Shown here: piece by piece, positions 1 through 13,598 of the stretch | Numbering within the stretch: position 1 is the stretch's first letter | How the letters are laid out: each line of letters begins with the position of its first letter | Origin: Selaginella moellendorffii | Taxonomy: Eukaryota; Plantae; Lycopodiophyta | Assembly (NCBI RefSeq): GCF_000143415.4 | Contig: NW_003314367.1 | Location: 488,022 to 552,021 of the forward strand | DNA: 64,000 nucleotides | Direction: 5' to 3' | Made by a program: the position numbers and the translations under genes | The notes under the pieces: generated by a model | The model's input: the letters and a program-made list of their open reading frames with translations, nothing else | Told to the model about the DNA's origin: nothing | Database searches by the model: none

Positions 1-2
1 AT

Positions 3-218
3 ACAATATGTAAATCACAACGACAAACATTGAATAGTGTTGGTATATATTTGCATCGACCTGTTTTTGGACATGGGCAATTATATGTTGCATTGTCTAG
101 ATGTACATCCAGCAAGAAAACTGTTATGTGTATTGATGAATGTGAAGGACAAGGCTATCTTGATGAAAAAAATAACAAACCGTACACCAGAAATATAGTA
201 TACAAAGAAATATTATAA
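3..218 (+). CDS. C-terminal end of Helitron RepHel (PIF1-family SF1B helicase), 5'-truncated by window edge
   Basis: Frame from base 3 reads [33 protein letters not shown]...[10 protein letters not shown], matching PIF1 motifs V/VI (TINKSQGQTL...[13 protein letters not shown]) and the typical Helitron ending [10 protein letters not shown]. SQG>SQR suggests decay. Confidence 0.9.
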   Translation, partial: TICKSQRQTLNSVGIYLHRPVFGHGQLYVALSRCTSSKKTVMCIDECEGQGYLDEKNNKPYTRNIVYKEIL

Positions 219-2117
219 AATAATTCATTTAAAAAAGTATTATGTTTGATATCTTGTGACTAATTATTATATATTTGCAGTAATATATATAGACTATGAA
301 TATAAAGTAACTGTTGAGTATTATAGACAATATGCATCATAAAGTGGAGTTTAAAGGCTATCCTTGTGTCTTCCAGATATCCATTTTGTGCAGACGCCTT
401 AAACAGCAAATTGGAATAAAATAACTGCTTGGTATTCTCGACGCTGCTTCAGACCCTGATAATTCAGTTCTCGGACACTACATCCCACTTTGCATGAGAA
501 GGCATTCCATAGTTTAAGACTTGAAATTTAAATTTCGCTGTCCAGAAGATTAAAAACATTTGGAATTCCAGGTTTATTCATACATTCGTTGCATGACTGT
601 TTTTTGTCCTATAAGACCTCTAAATCTTTCTTCAGTTCTTCTAACAAGCCTCAACAACTAAAATTCTATCATTTAATTTTGATTTTATGTGTATATTTCA
701 AAGTACCACTACATGTACTGTTATAACAAAAACAATTAATCAAATTATTCCATACACATAGTAATAATCTGAGCCAATGCCAATTCATACAGTCCCTATA
801 TATATAATGTAATGTATATTATAGATATATGAGTTACACTTTAAACAAAACGTCATAATTGACAGTAATATTACTGCAAATATATTTCCAGATAATTTAT
901 TTAAATTATATAAATAACACATTAAATTATATTATTATTTATAACATATTATAATTAAAACATACTTAACATAATTATAATTAACATATTGTTATTAATA
1001 TCAATAATGTCATTTATATAATAAGGCCGGATGAGATCACGTTGACTATAGCAATGAAAATGTCCAGGTATTCATGTAGATTTTTGAGATAGTGTTGGAA
1101 CTGCAATCTTTATGCTCTATAACGGTTTATAGCTAAGATCATATTTATCATTACAAATCAATATTGTTATTATGTTATTCTATAACAGATATATATTTCA
1201 TAGACACATATATTTTGCAGAAGGAGAAATCTCAGAAAATGAAACTGGGAGATAATATTTATAAGACAATATTTATATATAATTTTAGTGGTCACAGTAA
1301 TCCACTGTGGATAATTATATTATATAATAAGTATAAATAGTATAGTTATGGAAAATCTATAGTTTATCTTAATTTTCTTTTATAATCCTATAATCCTATT
1401 ATTGCTAAAATATTCACTTTTAACAATATACTTTCTGTTACTTATACGTCTTACTTGTGGTCTAAATGAAATGTATTTTACATAGACACAAATTGCTTCC
1501 TGATGCATCAGGTCAAATATTTATATTTAGATAATTACTAAGATTCTCATGTTTAAGATATTTCAAATATATATTCAGGTAAAATAAATGTAACCTTTAT
1601 AAAAATCTAATATTGATAGTCGTAGTGCTTTTAAATTTATGTTGTTTTTATAATATCAGAAGACAAATCTGGGAGTGTCATGTATATAGCAGTTGTTGGC
1701 TTTTCATTTATATTGTTTCTTTATATTAACAAAAAAATTATTCAAGCATGAGATTTCATAGGTGGTTATGTTAAAAGTTTTGAATATGAAAGTGTGGGAA
1801 AGCTCACTCGATTGGGCTTAGGGCGACGAAAATTTAGAGGAAGAATAAAAACAAACAGTAAAAGCCTTCGAGGTGTTCTTTGTGAGCTATGGAGCTCATC
1901 ACTGGTGGAGGATCTGGGATAGGGTTTGAGATTGCCACGCATTTTGGCAAGCATGGATCGAAGATCGCCATCATAGGACGCTAGAAATCGGTGCTCGATG
2001 AGACTGTGGAGAAGCTATCCTCGCAATCCATCCAGGCAATTTTTAAAGGTTTCCTTCTAAATCAATCAGAGCTGGATTATCCCAGGCATTGGCAATCACG
2101 GGGGACCTCGCTGTTCC

Positions 2118-2250
2118 AGGGCTATGATGGATCGATTCTTCTTGACTCAACTCCCACTGATGGAACTAAAGTGGAAAAATTGTCACTTCATGTCTGCCAG
2201 GAGCTTTGAGATGATCAAGGAAGCAAAGCAGAGGTTGGAAGCAGCTTTTC
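2118..2250 (+). pseudogene. Class III peroxidase exon fragment
   Basis: GYDGSILLDSTPTDGTKVEK...FEMIKEAKQRLEAA resembles peroxidase GCDGSILLD...EK...GFEVIDxAKxxLEAAC; frameshifted, no other exons recognised. Confidence 0.7.
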
Positions 2251-3187
2251 CTTTTCACTTTTTCTGCTTCTTTCATGTTTATGGTAGCCAACTTATGTGA
2301 AATTACAGCTCTTGGAATTTTACGAACAGCATGTGAAGAATGTCCAGGAAATAAGAAACTATAAGGTGTAGTATGACATTTTTCTTTTTGTAATTACAAA
2401 GAGCAAACACACTACCACAGAAACCGAAAATCAACAAAACAAAAGGAAGAGAAGGAAGGCTAGAGAAAGGCTTGAAGTTCTAATGAAAGAAACAGGTATT
2501 GCATACAAACCCTAGGACGTAGGTAGCTGACCACACAAATAAAGAAGAAAACTAGCAGTATTAATATAGATTTCTAAAAAGATACACTAACAACAACCAT
2601 CACATGTGAAGAAAAATTACACCATAATGAAGATAATCAGGCATCAGAAGGAGTGATTAGAAATGCAATTCATTCTCAGAAAACACGACATGTGAAATGG
2701 AAATTGAGACTACTCAACAAGAAGGTGACAAAATATAGCTTCTGAGATTTTAAGAAAACAAAAGACAAATATTACCAAAAATATGAATATCATAAAGTTC
2801 AAATTTTAAAAGATAAGCTTATATGCAGAGACTCTCAAAATCCTCTATTGATTTACCTCTGTTGCTACAGTAAACCATGAGCACCATTCCAGTCAGATTG
2901 CTACAACAGGTAGCTTTTGATGCATACTTAGACAAAAGAAAGTAATTTTACATTGCAGATGATATTGCTAAGGGACTTGTGTCTAGCATCATTCAAAGTA
3001 AGCAAAATTAAAGTGACAGAAACATAAATATTGGATATTTCTTTCAGAGGATAAAGAGAATGAAATTGAAAATGAAGATGACAAAGAAACCTCTGATGAA
3101 TCAGGTATGTAAAAGTAATTAAGTATTTTTCAAAATAGTTGACCACGTCTTTACTCTGCAGATACAGACTCAGTTTCTAACAAAACA

Positions 3188-4473
3188 ATGATAAATTTAT
3201 CACAAGAGAAATTGAGACACATGGGGATTGATAAAGCAATTGAAATTCGTAATATTGATGAGAGTGCAAGTATGTTACTATTTGCGGGGTATACACTGAA
3301 CAGTTATGGACTACGCATGAATACTGGACGAGTGGCAGGAAACCGACTACGTGTTGACATGACAGATTTTACTGGCACTGAAACTATTACAGTATGGATG
3401 TACTCTGATGTTGCAGAGAAAATATCTCAGCAGTTTGCAAGAGGAAAATGGATTAAATTGTTTGGATTTGAGGTAGTACCAATTGTACCCAAGTATGACA
3501 GAGGCACATGGAGATATTCCTTGAAAATCACAACTTCAACCATTATAGAAGAGTTTAACCACGAACCTCCACAGCTAAATCTTTTGGTACCAACAATGAG
3601 CATTGCTGAATTTAGCAAGTTACACAAGGGTCGTGAGTCAGTTGGCTCAGTCGAAGCTGTGATGATCAAAGCCACACAATTATTACATAATAGTGCTGAA
3701 ATCACAATTGCCGACAATGCAGATGCGGAAGGCTCACTGTCTGTAAGTAAAACAGACATGAAACTAGAAAAAAAAAAAAAGATTTAAAACTGTGTGCATG
3801 TGAATGGCAGGTCAAATTTTTTGAAAGCAGCATGGATATTTTCAGGGAGATGTTGACAGAATTTCTGACTGGCATTGCACCAAATAGATGCTTCATCAAT
3901 TTACAAGGTGATGGTATATTCAAGCGAGCAAATGTTTCTGGGATGACAATAGTCACACGAGTGGCAAGCAATTCTAAAAATAAATATCTATCAGCGTTAT
4001 ATCGAGCAATTGGCACTAGCTGTACTCGGGTAAATACACACAAAAATAACACAAAGCACTTCTTAATTGTTTTTAAACTTAATTTATAGGTGCCTGGATG
4101 GTTCGAAATCGATAAGCTACGACCCATGTTAATCCACACTGTCTGTAGTTCATGTAGCACGAGTGTTACACGGCGAATTGATAAAGACACGGCTGCATGT
4201 TCTTCTTGCAATTATGTTGGTCCAGTAAAACAACTTCTATCGTTGAAAGGAATATTACACATGCAGGAGACAACCAAAAATGTGAGCATTCCATCTTATA
4301 TGTTGGATGTTTTATACAAGTTCAAGTCTCCATTTTTAACTTGCTGGAACAAAAACTCCACCAAAACAAAGAAGAAAATGATAATGAATCCACCACATGG
4401 CAGTTTCTTATTGGGAGAATCTGATGATATAATAGCGTTTGCATCATCCACTCCAGTAAAACACATCCAGTGA
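3188..4473 (+). CDS. Divergent RPA70-like OB-fold ssDNA-binding protein with Zn-ribbon (exons 3188-3742, 3811-4029, 4090-4473; may have further upstream exons)
   Basis: The three ORFs join in frame via GT-AG phase-0 introns 3743-3810 and 4030-4089 (~385 aa). OB-like pattern DxTGTETITVWMYSDVAEKISQQFARGKWIKLFGFEV..YSLKITTSTIIE and CSSC-x14-CSSC in the last exon. Confidence 0.6.
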
Positions 4474-5906
4474 GTCCATGATCATTATACTTTCTGCTAT
4501 CACAAGGTGTCTATGTAAAAGTACTGTGGTTGATTTATTAGCAAGCGATGAGCTTATGGATTATTGTGTTGTAAAGTCAAAACTCATCAAATACGACATA
4601 AATCATAGAAACTATCATTGTACAATAGTTGAATGTTAACTGCACTTGTATACGATTAATTAAAAATGTGATTACAAACCATATCCACTTCAAGGCTCTC
4701 ATATGTAGGCCAAGGTCAAAACAGTCCATGATTGTAATGCAAACGAATGCTACTAGGAATTATTCGTTCACATGCATTATACATCTCAAAGTCGTTTAGA
4801 GCTGAACCTGTTACAAATAAAATTAATAAAATGTACAGCCTAAGTAGTTCACCACAACACTTCTTTGAAGCTTGCATTCTTATCAGTGGTGAGTGTCCTA
4901 TTTAAGATAGAAATACAACCTAGAATAAATTAGCTGTTGAAGCCTGTCCCAGTATTGGCTGGGTTCTTCTGTAAATCCACAAAATAATTTTAAAATCAAA
5001 ATCATTATTATTTATTAATGATTTATTATTAATTGATAATTATTTTGGATTAATGCACTGATTTTTTATTAGTTGATTATTATTTTGGATTGATAATTTC
5101 TCTGTCACTGTATATGCATCCAAAATAATAATTGATTAATAACAATACAATAATTATTATAAATATTTATAAATATATCTAATAATAACTTTAAATAATA
5201 ATATTATAATTATTATATGATTGATTATTGAATAAATTATTATTACTTTAAAATAATAATCCAGGTACAATCAAAATTTTCTTTCCATAATTGATTTGTT
5301 CAACTCTGTAGCTTCACCTGTTGCTGTTCTTTTGGAAGGTTATTGACAAAGCCACCTTTCTTGAAAACATCAGACACATGTAAATTATGATAGTAACTAA
5401 TTATACATTCCATATAACCGATTTCATAATTTACAGTGATTATTCTATTTGGCTCAATTACAGCAAGATCATCCATTCCTATTATAGTTTCAGCTCTTCG
5501 ACCACCTAATAATCAGTTCCAAAATCTTCCCATGGAATCTCAACCACCTCGAGAGAATCATCCTCTTCATCCATCTTGCATGCTTGCCAGTTTCTAATAC
5601 TTCTAACCTGTTGTCCACACTCTTCAAGATCAGTTTTCTTCCTATTCAACTATGAGTCAGTTGACATTGTTTGATAGAATTCTAATTAATATATTATAAC
5701 CACATGAATTGTTGGCTTTCAAATTAAACGACAGGGATACAAGTAGAACGTTACAGCTTTTAATCATTCATCAACTTCTACACAACATTATTTCTGAAAG
5801 CTCCAACTTGGCTTATATTTAGAAACCTGATACCACACACAACAAATTATAAAACAAAAGTAGAAAGAAATAAAACATACTTTTGCTTTCTCTCACATTT
5901 TTTCTT

Positions 5907-7792
5907 TTAAGTGTCAAGTCCAACTATAAAAAACTTCAATTTTTCGGTATCTCTATAGCTCTCGAGCTTGCAACGAACCTTCAGATTGTACATCTTTGAT
6001 CGAATAGAGTCCATTATGGCTGAAAAACCAGTATAATCATCATCTTGTAGCGCAGCCAGCTTACATGCAGGCATCCCTACAATTTCATTAGCAGCATCAT
6101 CAAATGCAACCGCCCATATATGTCCAGTGCTGTCCAGAATACACAAGTGTAGTGCATATTTGAGCTGAATATCTCCAGAATCACTGTCACAAGAATTGCA
6201 TTGCCACATACTTTCTGAAACCTGAGTAACCTTCTTGCCACATTGCCTTCCATTGACAACCTTCATGCATGCTGGGTAATAGAAGTCACCAGTCTGGATT
6301 TCTTTCACTGACACAATAACACGAAAAATAGCGGAAAACTCGGAAACCTTCAGGTTGATAGACAACATCTCAGATACTGCCTTTGTACCAGAAATCACTG
6401 CTTTAGAAGAAGAGTTGGTCACATGGACAAAACTGGTTGTGTCGTAGCTAGCAACCATCCATTCACGCAGCCGTGAGACATCTTCTAATTCAGGATCAAC
6501 TAAAAGGGTAGAGCCACCTGTGACTGAAATAGACTTGCCATTGTAATCTGAAATCCGGCCACCCTTCACGCATACAATAGGCCTCTCCCCTCGACCAAGT
6601 TTGTCCTCAATTTCCGAACCTTCATCTTCGGCCTTTGAATCCCACAGACACATGTCTATACTGTGGCCAGATTCATCGCTCAAACAAAGCATCCTCCTCC
6701 TCATGAATGCTCCAGAATCCTTAGGAGAAATGTTTTTCTGTCCAATCCACATTACACCACCAATCACGTCTACAAATGTCTCTTGGCTGAGCTTAGAAGC
6801 ATCTAAAACACTCGTTCTTTTAAGAACAACATTTGGAATACGTAGATCGTCCTCCACACGCTTGATCTCCATAGTCTTGCTTGCTTTTATCTCCCAATTT
6901 GATTTATATGGTGTATATGCTGGTTTAGAGCGCTGCACACCACTGTTCCCTGAAAATATATAGACACTGCCTTGCTCAATCTCGCTTGAAAGACGCTTTG
7001 CATTCTCGCCAAATCCAACAATACGTATTTCAGAACTTTCTGCATCGGCAACATCAACTGACATAACACACCCAGCTGTGCCTGTTTCAAAGAATACAAG
7101 TTTCCCTTTGTGTGTCACCCTGGCACGTAAAGACCAACGGTAGCAGTGGTCGTTGATATCCTTAATAGGCATCTCATTGATCATAAGCTTCTTAGAACTC
7201 TCTCCCTTAACATGAAACAGAGAAAAAAAAATGTAATAATAAATCACAAATCAAATGTTTTGCATGCATAAAACTAGAAGAAATCATTAAAAAAATGGTA
7301 ACGTACCTTATGATTAAACTTCTGACTTCGTTTTTTACCCTTAGAAAATAAACACTGCTAAGTCAGATAACAAAAGAAAGAAAGAATAAATATTTACCGT
7401 TAAAGGATCCCCAGCAACATCTTTCGCTGGTATTTGTTTCCATTCACCACACTCCATAAAGGACAGGTCCGAAACAATGAGTGACCTATCAAAATATGTT
7501 ATAAAATGGAAATGTAAACAGGGAAAACATACTCTTTTCCATTTGTTGTGCAAAAACCATAATCAGTAAATCTCACAAGACTATTTACACGGACATCCCA
7601 AGAGTCTATGGCACTTGACACACGATAAGAACCAAATGCCTCCAAGCATTCCTTCTCATCTGTTACACAGAATCTTCCCACTAAATCTCCAGGTTTGGAA
7701 TCGATCTTTGTAATACGCAGGACAATCTCATCTGTGGAATTGTCCTTAATCTTTTTTATGCCATCCACCGTGCATCTCACGTGGTCTCCCAT
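5907..7792 (-). CDS. RPA1: Replication protein A 70 kDa subunit-like, Helitron-borne (exons 7792-7533, 7485-7398, 7339-7307, 7205-5907)
   Basis: WSLRARVTHKG, FVDVIG, DESGHSIDMCLWD, RISDYNGKSIS, YYPAC..CGKKV..WQCNSC, DSTGHIWAVAFDDAANEIVG are RPA70 DBD-A/B/C motifs; upstream exons are bounded by GT-AG. Confidence 0.92.
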
Positions 7793-8789
7793 CGTCTCTA
7801 AGAATTGATTCAAAACCTAACTTACAAATTATGTACCCCTTCATGTCAACAAATGCGCTGCCCAATGTACTGCATATCGAAGGCACTTATATTGTATGAG
7901 GAACATGTATATATATGTTATGATTACCTTCAATAATTACATGTATTAAAACTATGTATGTATGTACCTAATCAGGCAGTGAGCTATATTGTTCTGAATG
8001 AGGTTTTAATTTATTCAATATGAAAAATTACCATTCATTAAATAACAGTGCTGTTCCGTGCCAACATTAATGCTTCAGTGCATTCGATTTGTCTCATGAA
8101 TGATTTAACACTGATCTCGCCATGTTATGGTTTAATCTCTTGCTTGCTATTACAGTGAGAAATGGGCATTGATGTGGCTGGAAACAGTCTTAAAAAGTGA
8201 TGTCCATGTCACTCTGTGAAAATTAAGTCATAAAAAAAAGGAAACAGTATATTTTTCTAGACTGATCTGATCTGTGATCTTAAATCTATAAACTATGATC
8301 TTATACAAAAACTAAAAGAAAAGAAAGGACGATGGAAGTAAGATAAATAGCAAAATTTGAGCATTCTATGCTGGATACAAAAGATGAATGGTCGTCTTGG
8401 TTTTGCTCTTTTACTGGCTTAAAACAATGATTAAAACATGATATAGATTAATGACATTACAATAGTAATATGTATGAGACATTTCATAGGGGATTTTCTT
8501 ACAAATCTAATTGACCATCGTAATTTCCAAAGAACACAAAGAACTCATTCCTGTTTGCAAGACAAAGCCTTCTGAGCCAAAGTACCGAGTTTTCTTTTTT
8601 TCTTAGATACCTCTGTCGCCACTCGTGAAGTGCTCTTATCACCATCTGAAAGCATTGTCGCAGAGGCTTCCACTGCATAATCACATATGTTCTCACTTGG
8701 TAACAATGTCAAAATGTTGCTATGGCCTCATGCTCGCCATAGGTGCTCAATCTAAGAATGCTCACCTGGTCCAAAGTTGAGCAAAAGCT

Positions 8790-9650
8790 CCCAATGTCTC
8801 CTTTTGTCCTTGTCCATGCCACTGATCCCACCCTGTGCCGGTCATAGCCTGGTAATTTTTTAGCTTTATACTTTCATACAATATTCCCGAGTGTTTTCAG
8901 ATTCTGAAGAACAGGATGCTGTTTGTTGGTGGCCACTTGAGAAACCCTTGACTCTGTCAGGTTAATATAATGCATTTCAGTGTCTCACTTCAGTGCTCTC
9001 TATCTCCAGTTCATGTTTTTGAACCTGAGATTGACCATTTACTGTTTGAGGGGCCAGTCTATTTCGCTGATCGGATCCTGCTTTAGTGGAGTCATGTTAG
9101 GTGGAGAAGACTCCAATAGGTGTTTGCTCAATGACCTCAACATCTTTGATTTGGAAACAATGACATGGGAAGCTGTCAATGCAATATAAGCCAGCACAGA
9201 CGTATATCACATGTGAGGTATGCTATTTTGATTATCCTTGCTGGCCTTACTCCAATTCAATTTGTCATTTTCTGTCCTGCCTAGGGATTGAGTCTCATCT
9301 TCATGTGTTTGAATGGTGAAGAAACAATAATAGCCTTGGTTGTTTTTGAGACTGTGACTTGTATTGAGGTGGAAGCTGTCAGATGCATGTACTGAAGACA
9401 TGCAAAAGCCAATCAGAGGTGTCTCCTGCTCCGAGTGTTGGTGGAAGCCATTTTACAGAGGTTGGAGAATCTGCAAATGTGCCCGAGAGCTCAATAATTT
9501 TGAAAGAACCAATAGATCATCAGCCTATGGTATCATGTTTTTGTGCATCTCTTCCCTGTTTGATAATGTTATTTTACTTCTTTCCAGGAGAATGGCAGAT
9601 ACAACACACCAAAGTTGCTGGAGCTTAAACAGGAGCTTGAGGTGGCTCTA
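8790..9650 (+). pseudogene. ACBP4/5-like kelch-repeat gene fragments
   Basis: PCAGHSL, LFVGGH and RGQSISLIGS..MLGGEDSNRCLLNDLNIFDLETMTWEAVNAI match kelch repeats of plant acyl-CoA-binding proteins 4/5; stops and missing exons. Confidence 0.65.
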
Positions 9651-12394
9651 GCATCACGCTAAGAAATAGCATGTACAGCTATGACTGGTCGAATATGGAG
9701 AAACCCTTAGCTTTTGTGAATTGCTTTAATGGAAAGGAGCTTATGCAGCATGATAGTTCATGGCAGAATGAAGTAGAGGCACTCCAGGTTTGGCATTCTT
9801 GTTGGATGTCTCTATGCTTCTCTCTGAAAATGACGAAAAGAATGAGATTGCTACGCTCCAGGTCGTGTCGGTGCTGCTGTTGTCCACCAGCAGTGACATT
9901 CCTGCCAGTGTTTCTTGCGGCAAGATCAAGATCATCATTGAGTTTTAGGCAAATTGATGAAGATGCCTGGAAAATGAGAGATGAAAACAAGAATAGAAAG
10001 AAAAAAAAAGAACCAAAAAAGCTCTGGAAATATCTGTATAGTTGAGGCCAGAGGCTCTGTATAGCTGTGAGAAGATGCTCTGGAAATGATTGATTAGAAA
10101 CTTGAGGAGTCTCTTGATTAGAATCTTGGAGGGGTCAGGAAAACTTTCTAGCAGAGAGTAGAATTTTAAACCTTGGGAGAAAAGAAAGCTTGGATGACAA
10201 AAGCAAAGTACCTTGAGCATATTGCATTGCATAAAATCCTGTCTTCTTAAGACAAGAGGACATTGTGCACATCCAAAATGTTCAAGTCATGTCAAAAGTG
10301 TTTTTAAGAAGAATTTTCAAATAGAGACAGACTTGGATAGGACATTTAGATTCATACCTTGTCAAGATGCTCTCCATGTGCTTGAAAAAACTTTGGGAGG
10401 ATGTAACGAGAAGGATTCCAAGCTGATGGCATTACTTGCATGTGCTTCTTGATGGCTTACAATCACTAGCCATCGAGTGATAAGGAGTGGAAGAATTGGT
10501 GACAAAATAAATGGAAAGTGTGCATTTCAATGGTAAACCTTGTTTTAGTCATTTTCTTGGAAAAGAATTTTGAACTAGAGAGGATAAATGTTGGTGATTT
10601 AGTGTTCTACATTTTTTTTCAAGTGTTTTAGGTTTTTGTCGTGATGAAGCAAGAGTAGTTACAACATTTTACAAAATTCAAATAAGATCTGGAAGATGAG
10701 TGGTTGAATTTCCATATTTATGGGAATTTTTTTAGGACTCTGAGCATTGCTTCTTGGCAGACATTTTTTAAAGAGTCATGTGTTAAATGTTCATCACAAT
10801 AGTGAAATTCCTCCCTATTTTCAACTAAGAAAAAAATTACATAAGAGACCACTAAATCTCATTACTGAGAGAATCACAATAAATCATTGTTCTATTGTTT
10901 TATTTTATAAAGATGTGTTGTTCTATTCCAAAGTATGTACAACTACATCTTCTCAAATTGAAATGTTCTCTACTTCTCCCAGTGGAGTTGGGGTCCCTAT
11001 TAACGTGTGTGTCCATGAACCCAATGTTAGAGTTGGCAGCTGGATAGCGGAGGCTTTACCACGATCACCTGCAAGTAGAGGTGTAATTGGCAGCTTCATT
11101 CTCAGTCACTGTGCAGGCAGGTTCCCACAGTCTCGGAAGGATGCACTTCACAGCATGACTCATCAGCTCAGTAGTGAGAATGTCTTAGTAATTGTTACCA
11201 GAGGTGGCCAGCACTAAGCAAGTAGGTTGTTATTGGTGACATGGTATGCGATGTACTACTGGAGCCATCAGATTGGCTCTTGCAATGAACAGAGCTGACT
11301 GCTTGGAAATGCACACTCCAGGTGAGGGATGTGAAGCCAGTGCTGGTGGTGTAGGCACCAAAGAAAAGGCCAAACAACTGACTGCTGCTGATGTCATTGG
11401 CCTCTGCCCACCACCATTTGTTTTATGTGGCGTCCAGCTCACAGCTAGGAAAGGAAGTTAAAGTTCTACTGTGCTTTGCTGAAAGAAGCCAGGTTAGTAT
11501 GTTAACAAAGTTGGGTACCACCATCTTCTGACTCACAAAGCCCAACTTAACATACACACTGACAGTAAAGCTGCATGACTCTTTTTTACATGCTTTTCTT
11601 TTCCATCCCAAGCCAAGGAATGAATAGGCCTTTATTTCACCATAGGATGTCGTGAATTATTATTGTAATTTCTTTGTACTATACAATATATGCTATTAAG
11701 GCAATCCTAGGAAGACCTCATTTTGGTAATTTTTGAAGGAAATGAGCATATTTCCATTGCATCACTCCACCAAGCAAGATAACAGTAATACAGTTACTCA
11801 TTAGCATTTAGACCGCAGCCCTGTTGGGCAAACAAACATAAATTTTGAATGAGCTGTACACAAACATCCATTTTTTGCTATCAAATTTGGTGGCAACAAT
11901 GAATTCCTGAAGTACCATTATACTCTTTTTTTTGGTTTTGAAGTTATGCTTAATCAACTTAGCCGCAAAGACTCATGGCAAAGCTCATTATCATTGGATA
12001 AATTGCTAAAAGACTTGCTAGCAGTGGGGAGGATGCAAGGAGAGAATTAATGGAAACACTACTATATTTCCTCCTTTTCCCCTCTTTCCATTTTTGTTTT
12101 GAGAAACTATGGCCTATCAGCATTAGAAAAGGACAATCCCAAGATCTTTGCCAGTAATTCTTCCCCTCTTATATATGGCAAGAGTGGATGCAAGTTCTTA
12201 GCACTTGTATCATGCACCTATAAAGTTACTATGACTAACTTGTAACATCAAAAGTTGTAAATGACTATTAACACTTTTTTAGACAGTGTTGAATNNNNNN
12301 NNNNNNNNNNNNNNNNNNNNNNNNNNNNNNNNNNNNNNNNNNNNNNNNNNNNNNNNNNNNNNNNNNNNNNNNNNNNNNNNNNNNNNNNNNNNNN

Positions 12395-12528
12395 TGGTTG
12401 CAATCACTAAGTAAAAACTAAATAAACCAAGTGCTTGTTACATATTGAACTTAAACAAGTTTTAATAAATTGTTCTCTTTTTAGAATTAGCATCTAACCA
12501 TCCCAGCGGAGCTGGGTTCCCTGCTAGT
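12395..12528 (+). repeat. Helitron 3' terminal segment (hairpin + CTAG|T), near-identical to 34327-34460
   Basis: Direct comparison of the two ~134-bp segments; both end CCCAGCGGAGCTGGGTTCCCTGCTAG|T. Confidence 0.9.
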
Positions 12529-12819
12529 CAAACTCTTTATTTAAAGTTGCTATTTTGGCATCGGCATCACATATTCTATTTTTAGAATATCCATTTTTTC
12601 TTATGGCAGATGCTCTTGATTCAACGATCCAGATCTGTGACGCTCCAAAGCAATGGTGAGGATTGTGACATGGTGGCAAAGAGCTTGGTTTTAGGTTTAA
12701 GAAACGGTTATTATGGCTGTTCACAAGCCACCAGCGACTTGTGAACCTCTAGATATTACGCTACAAACCATCTGTGGGTATGCGCCATGGATCTTTTCTT
12801 TCATTTGTTGTGATTTCTA

Positions 12820-13598
12820 GGCCATTTTCTTTTCACAAACTTGGTCCTGGACAAAATGATGGAGACCGCTAAGGAAAGTGGCATCCAGTGAAGAATTGTC
12901 AACCTCTCCTCCATCACACTTACAGCGGTGGAATCCAGTTCTCACACCTTAATGACAAAGCCTGGTACCAAACGACTTTCTTTTCTCGTGAGCTTACATT
13001 CTTCCTTTTTTCTTCCAAAAGGTACTCCGACAGTAGAGCATACAGTCCATCCAAGCTCGTGAACATCCTCCATGCCAAAGAACTGGCAATGAGATTCAAG
13101 GTATTTGTCTAATGCTTTGAAATCTCTCCCACCTTTCTCTTTCGTCAATGCTTTCTCTTTCGCTGATTATGCCAAAGGAGTTGACATCACAGCCAATGCT
13201 GTTCACCAGGGTTTATAATGTCGCCTTTGATGCGGCACACATTCTACATAATGAGTTTGTCTGTTAGCCTCGTCATTGTTTTCGGTTACTTATGGAACTT
13301 TGATCTTCATGCAGGGTTTCTCAAGTTCTTCTCCAGCTTCCTTTGGAAAAATGTGCCACAGGTAAGAAGAATTCTCCCAATTATCTGGAAGTTTTTTGTG
13401 ACTAATACGTGATTGATCTCTCAGGACGCTGCAATGACGTGCTACACGGCTTTACATCCAAGCCTCAAGGACGTCACCGGGCAATACTTCGTGGATTCCA
13501 ACAAATCCAGCTGTAGCGCTTATGGCAGAGATCCCGAGCTCGCTCACAAGCTATGGACCTTCTCCCAGGAGCTTATAGACAAGCGTTCTCCGTCCTAA
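12820..13598 (+). pseudogene. TIC32-like short-chain dehydrogenase/reductase, 3' exons
   Basis: GHFLFTNLVLDKMMETAKESGIQ*RIVNLSS, AYSPSKLVNILHAKELA, ITANAVHQG, TCYTALHPSLKDVTGQYFVDSN; premature stop, 5' half absent. Confidence 0.85.

Larger units (their letters stand above)
1..12527 (+). mobile_element. 3' part of an autonomous-type Helitron (RepHel + RPA genes + captured fragments)
   Basis: RepHel C-terminus at 3-218, RPA70-like genes, and a 3' terminus CCCAGC-GGA-GCTGGG hairpin (12502-12516) followed by CTAG (12524-12527) then T. Continuity crosses an N-gap at 12295-12394. Confidence 0.7.

Noticed and set aside
10747-11611. Exon-like, higher-GC block with several short ORFs
   Set aside because: Probably another captured fragment, but I could not assign any frame to a protein family.
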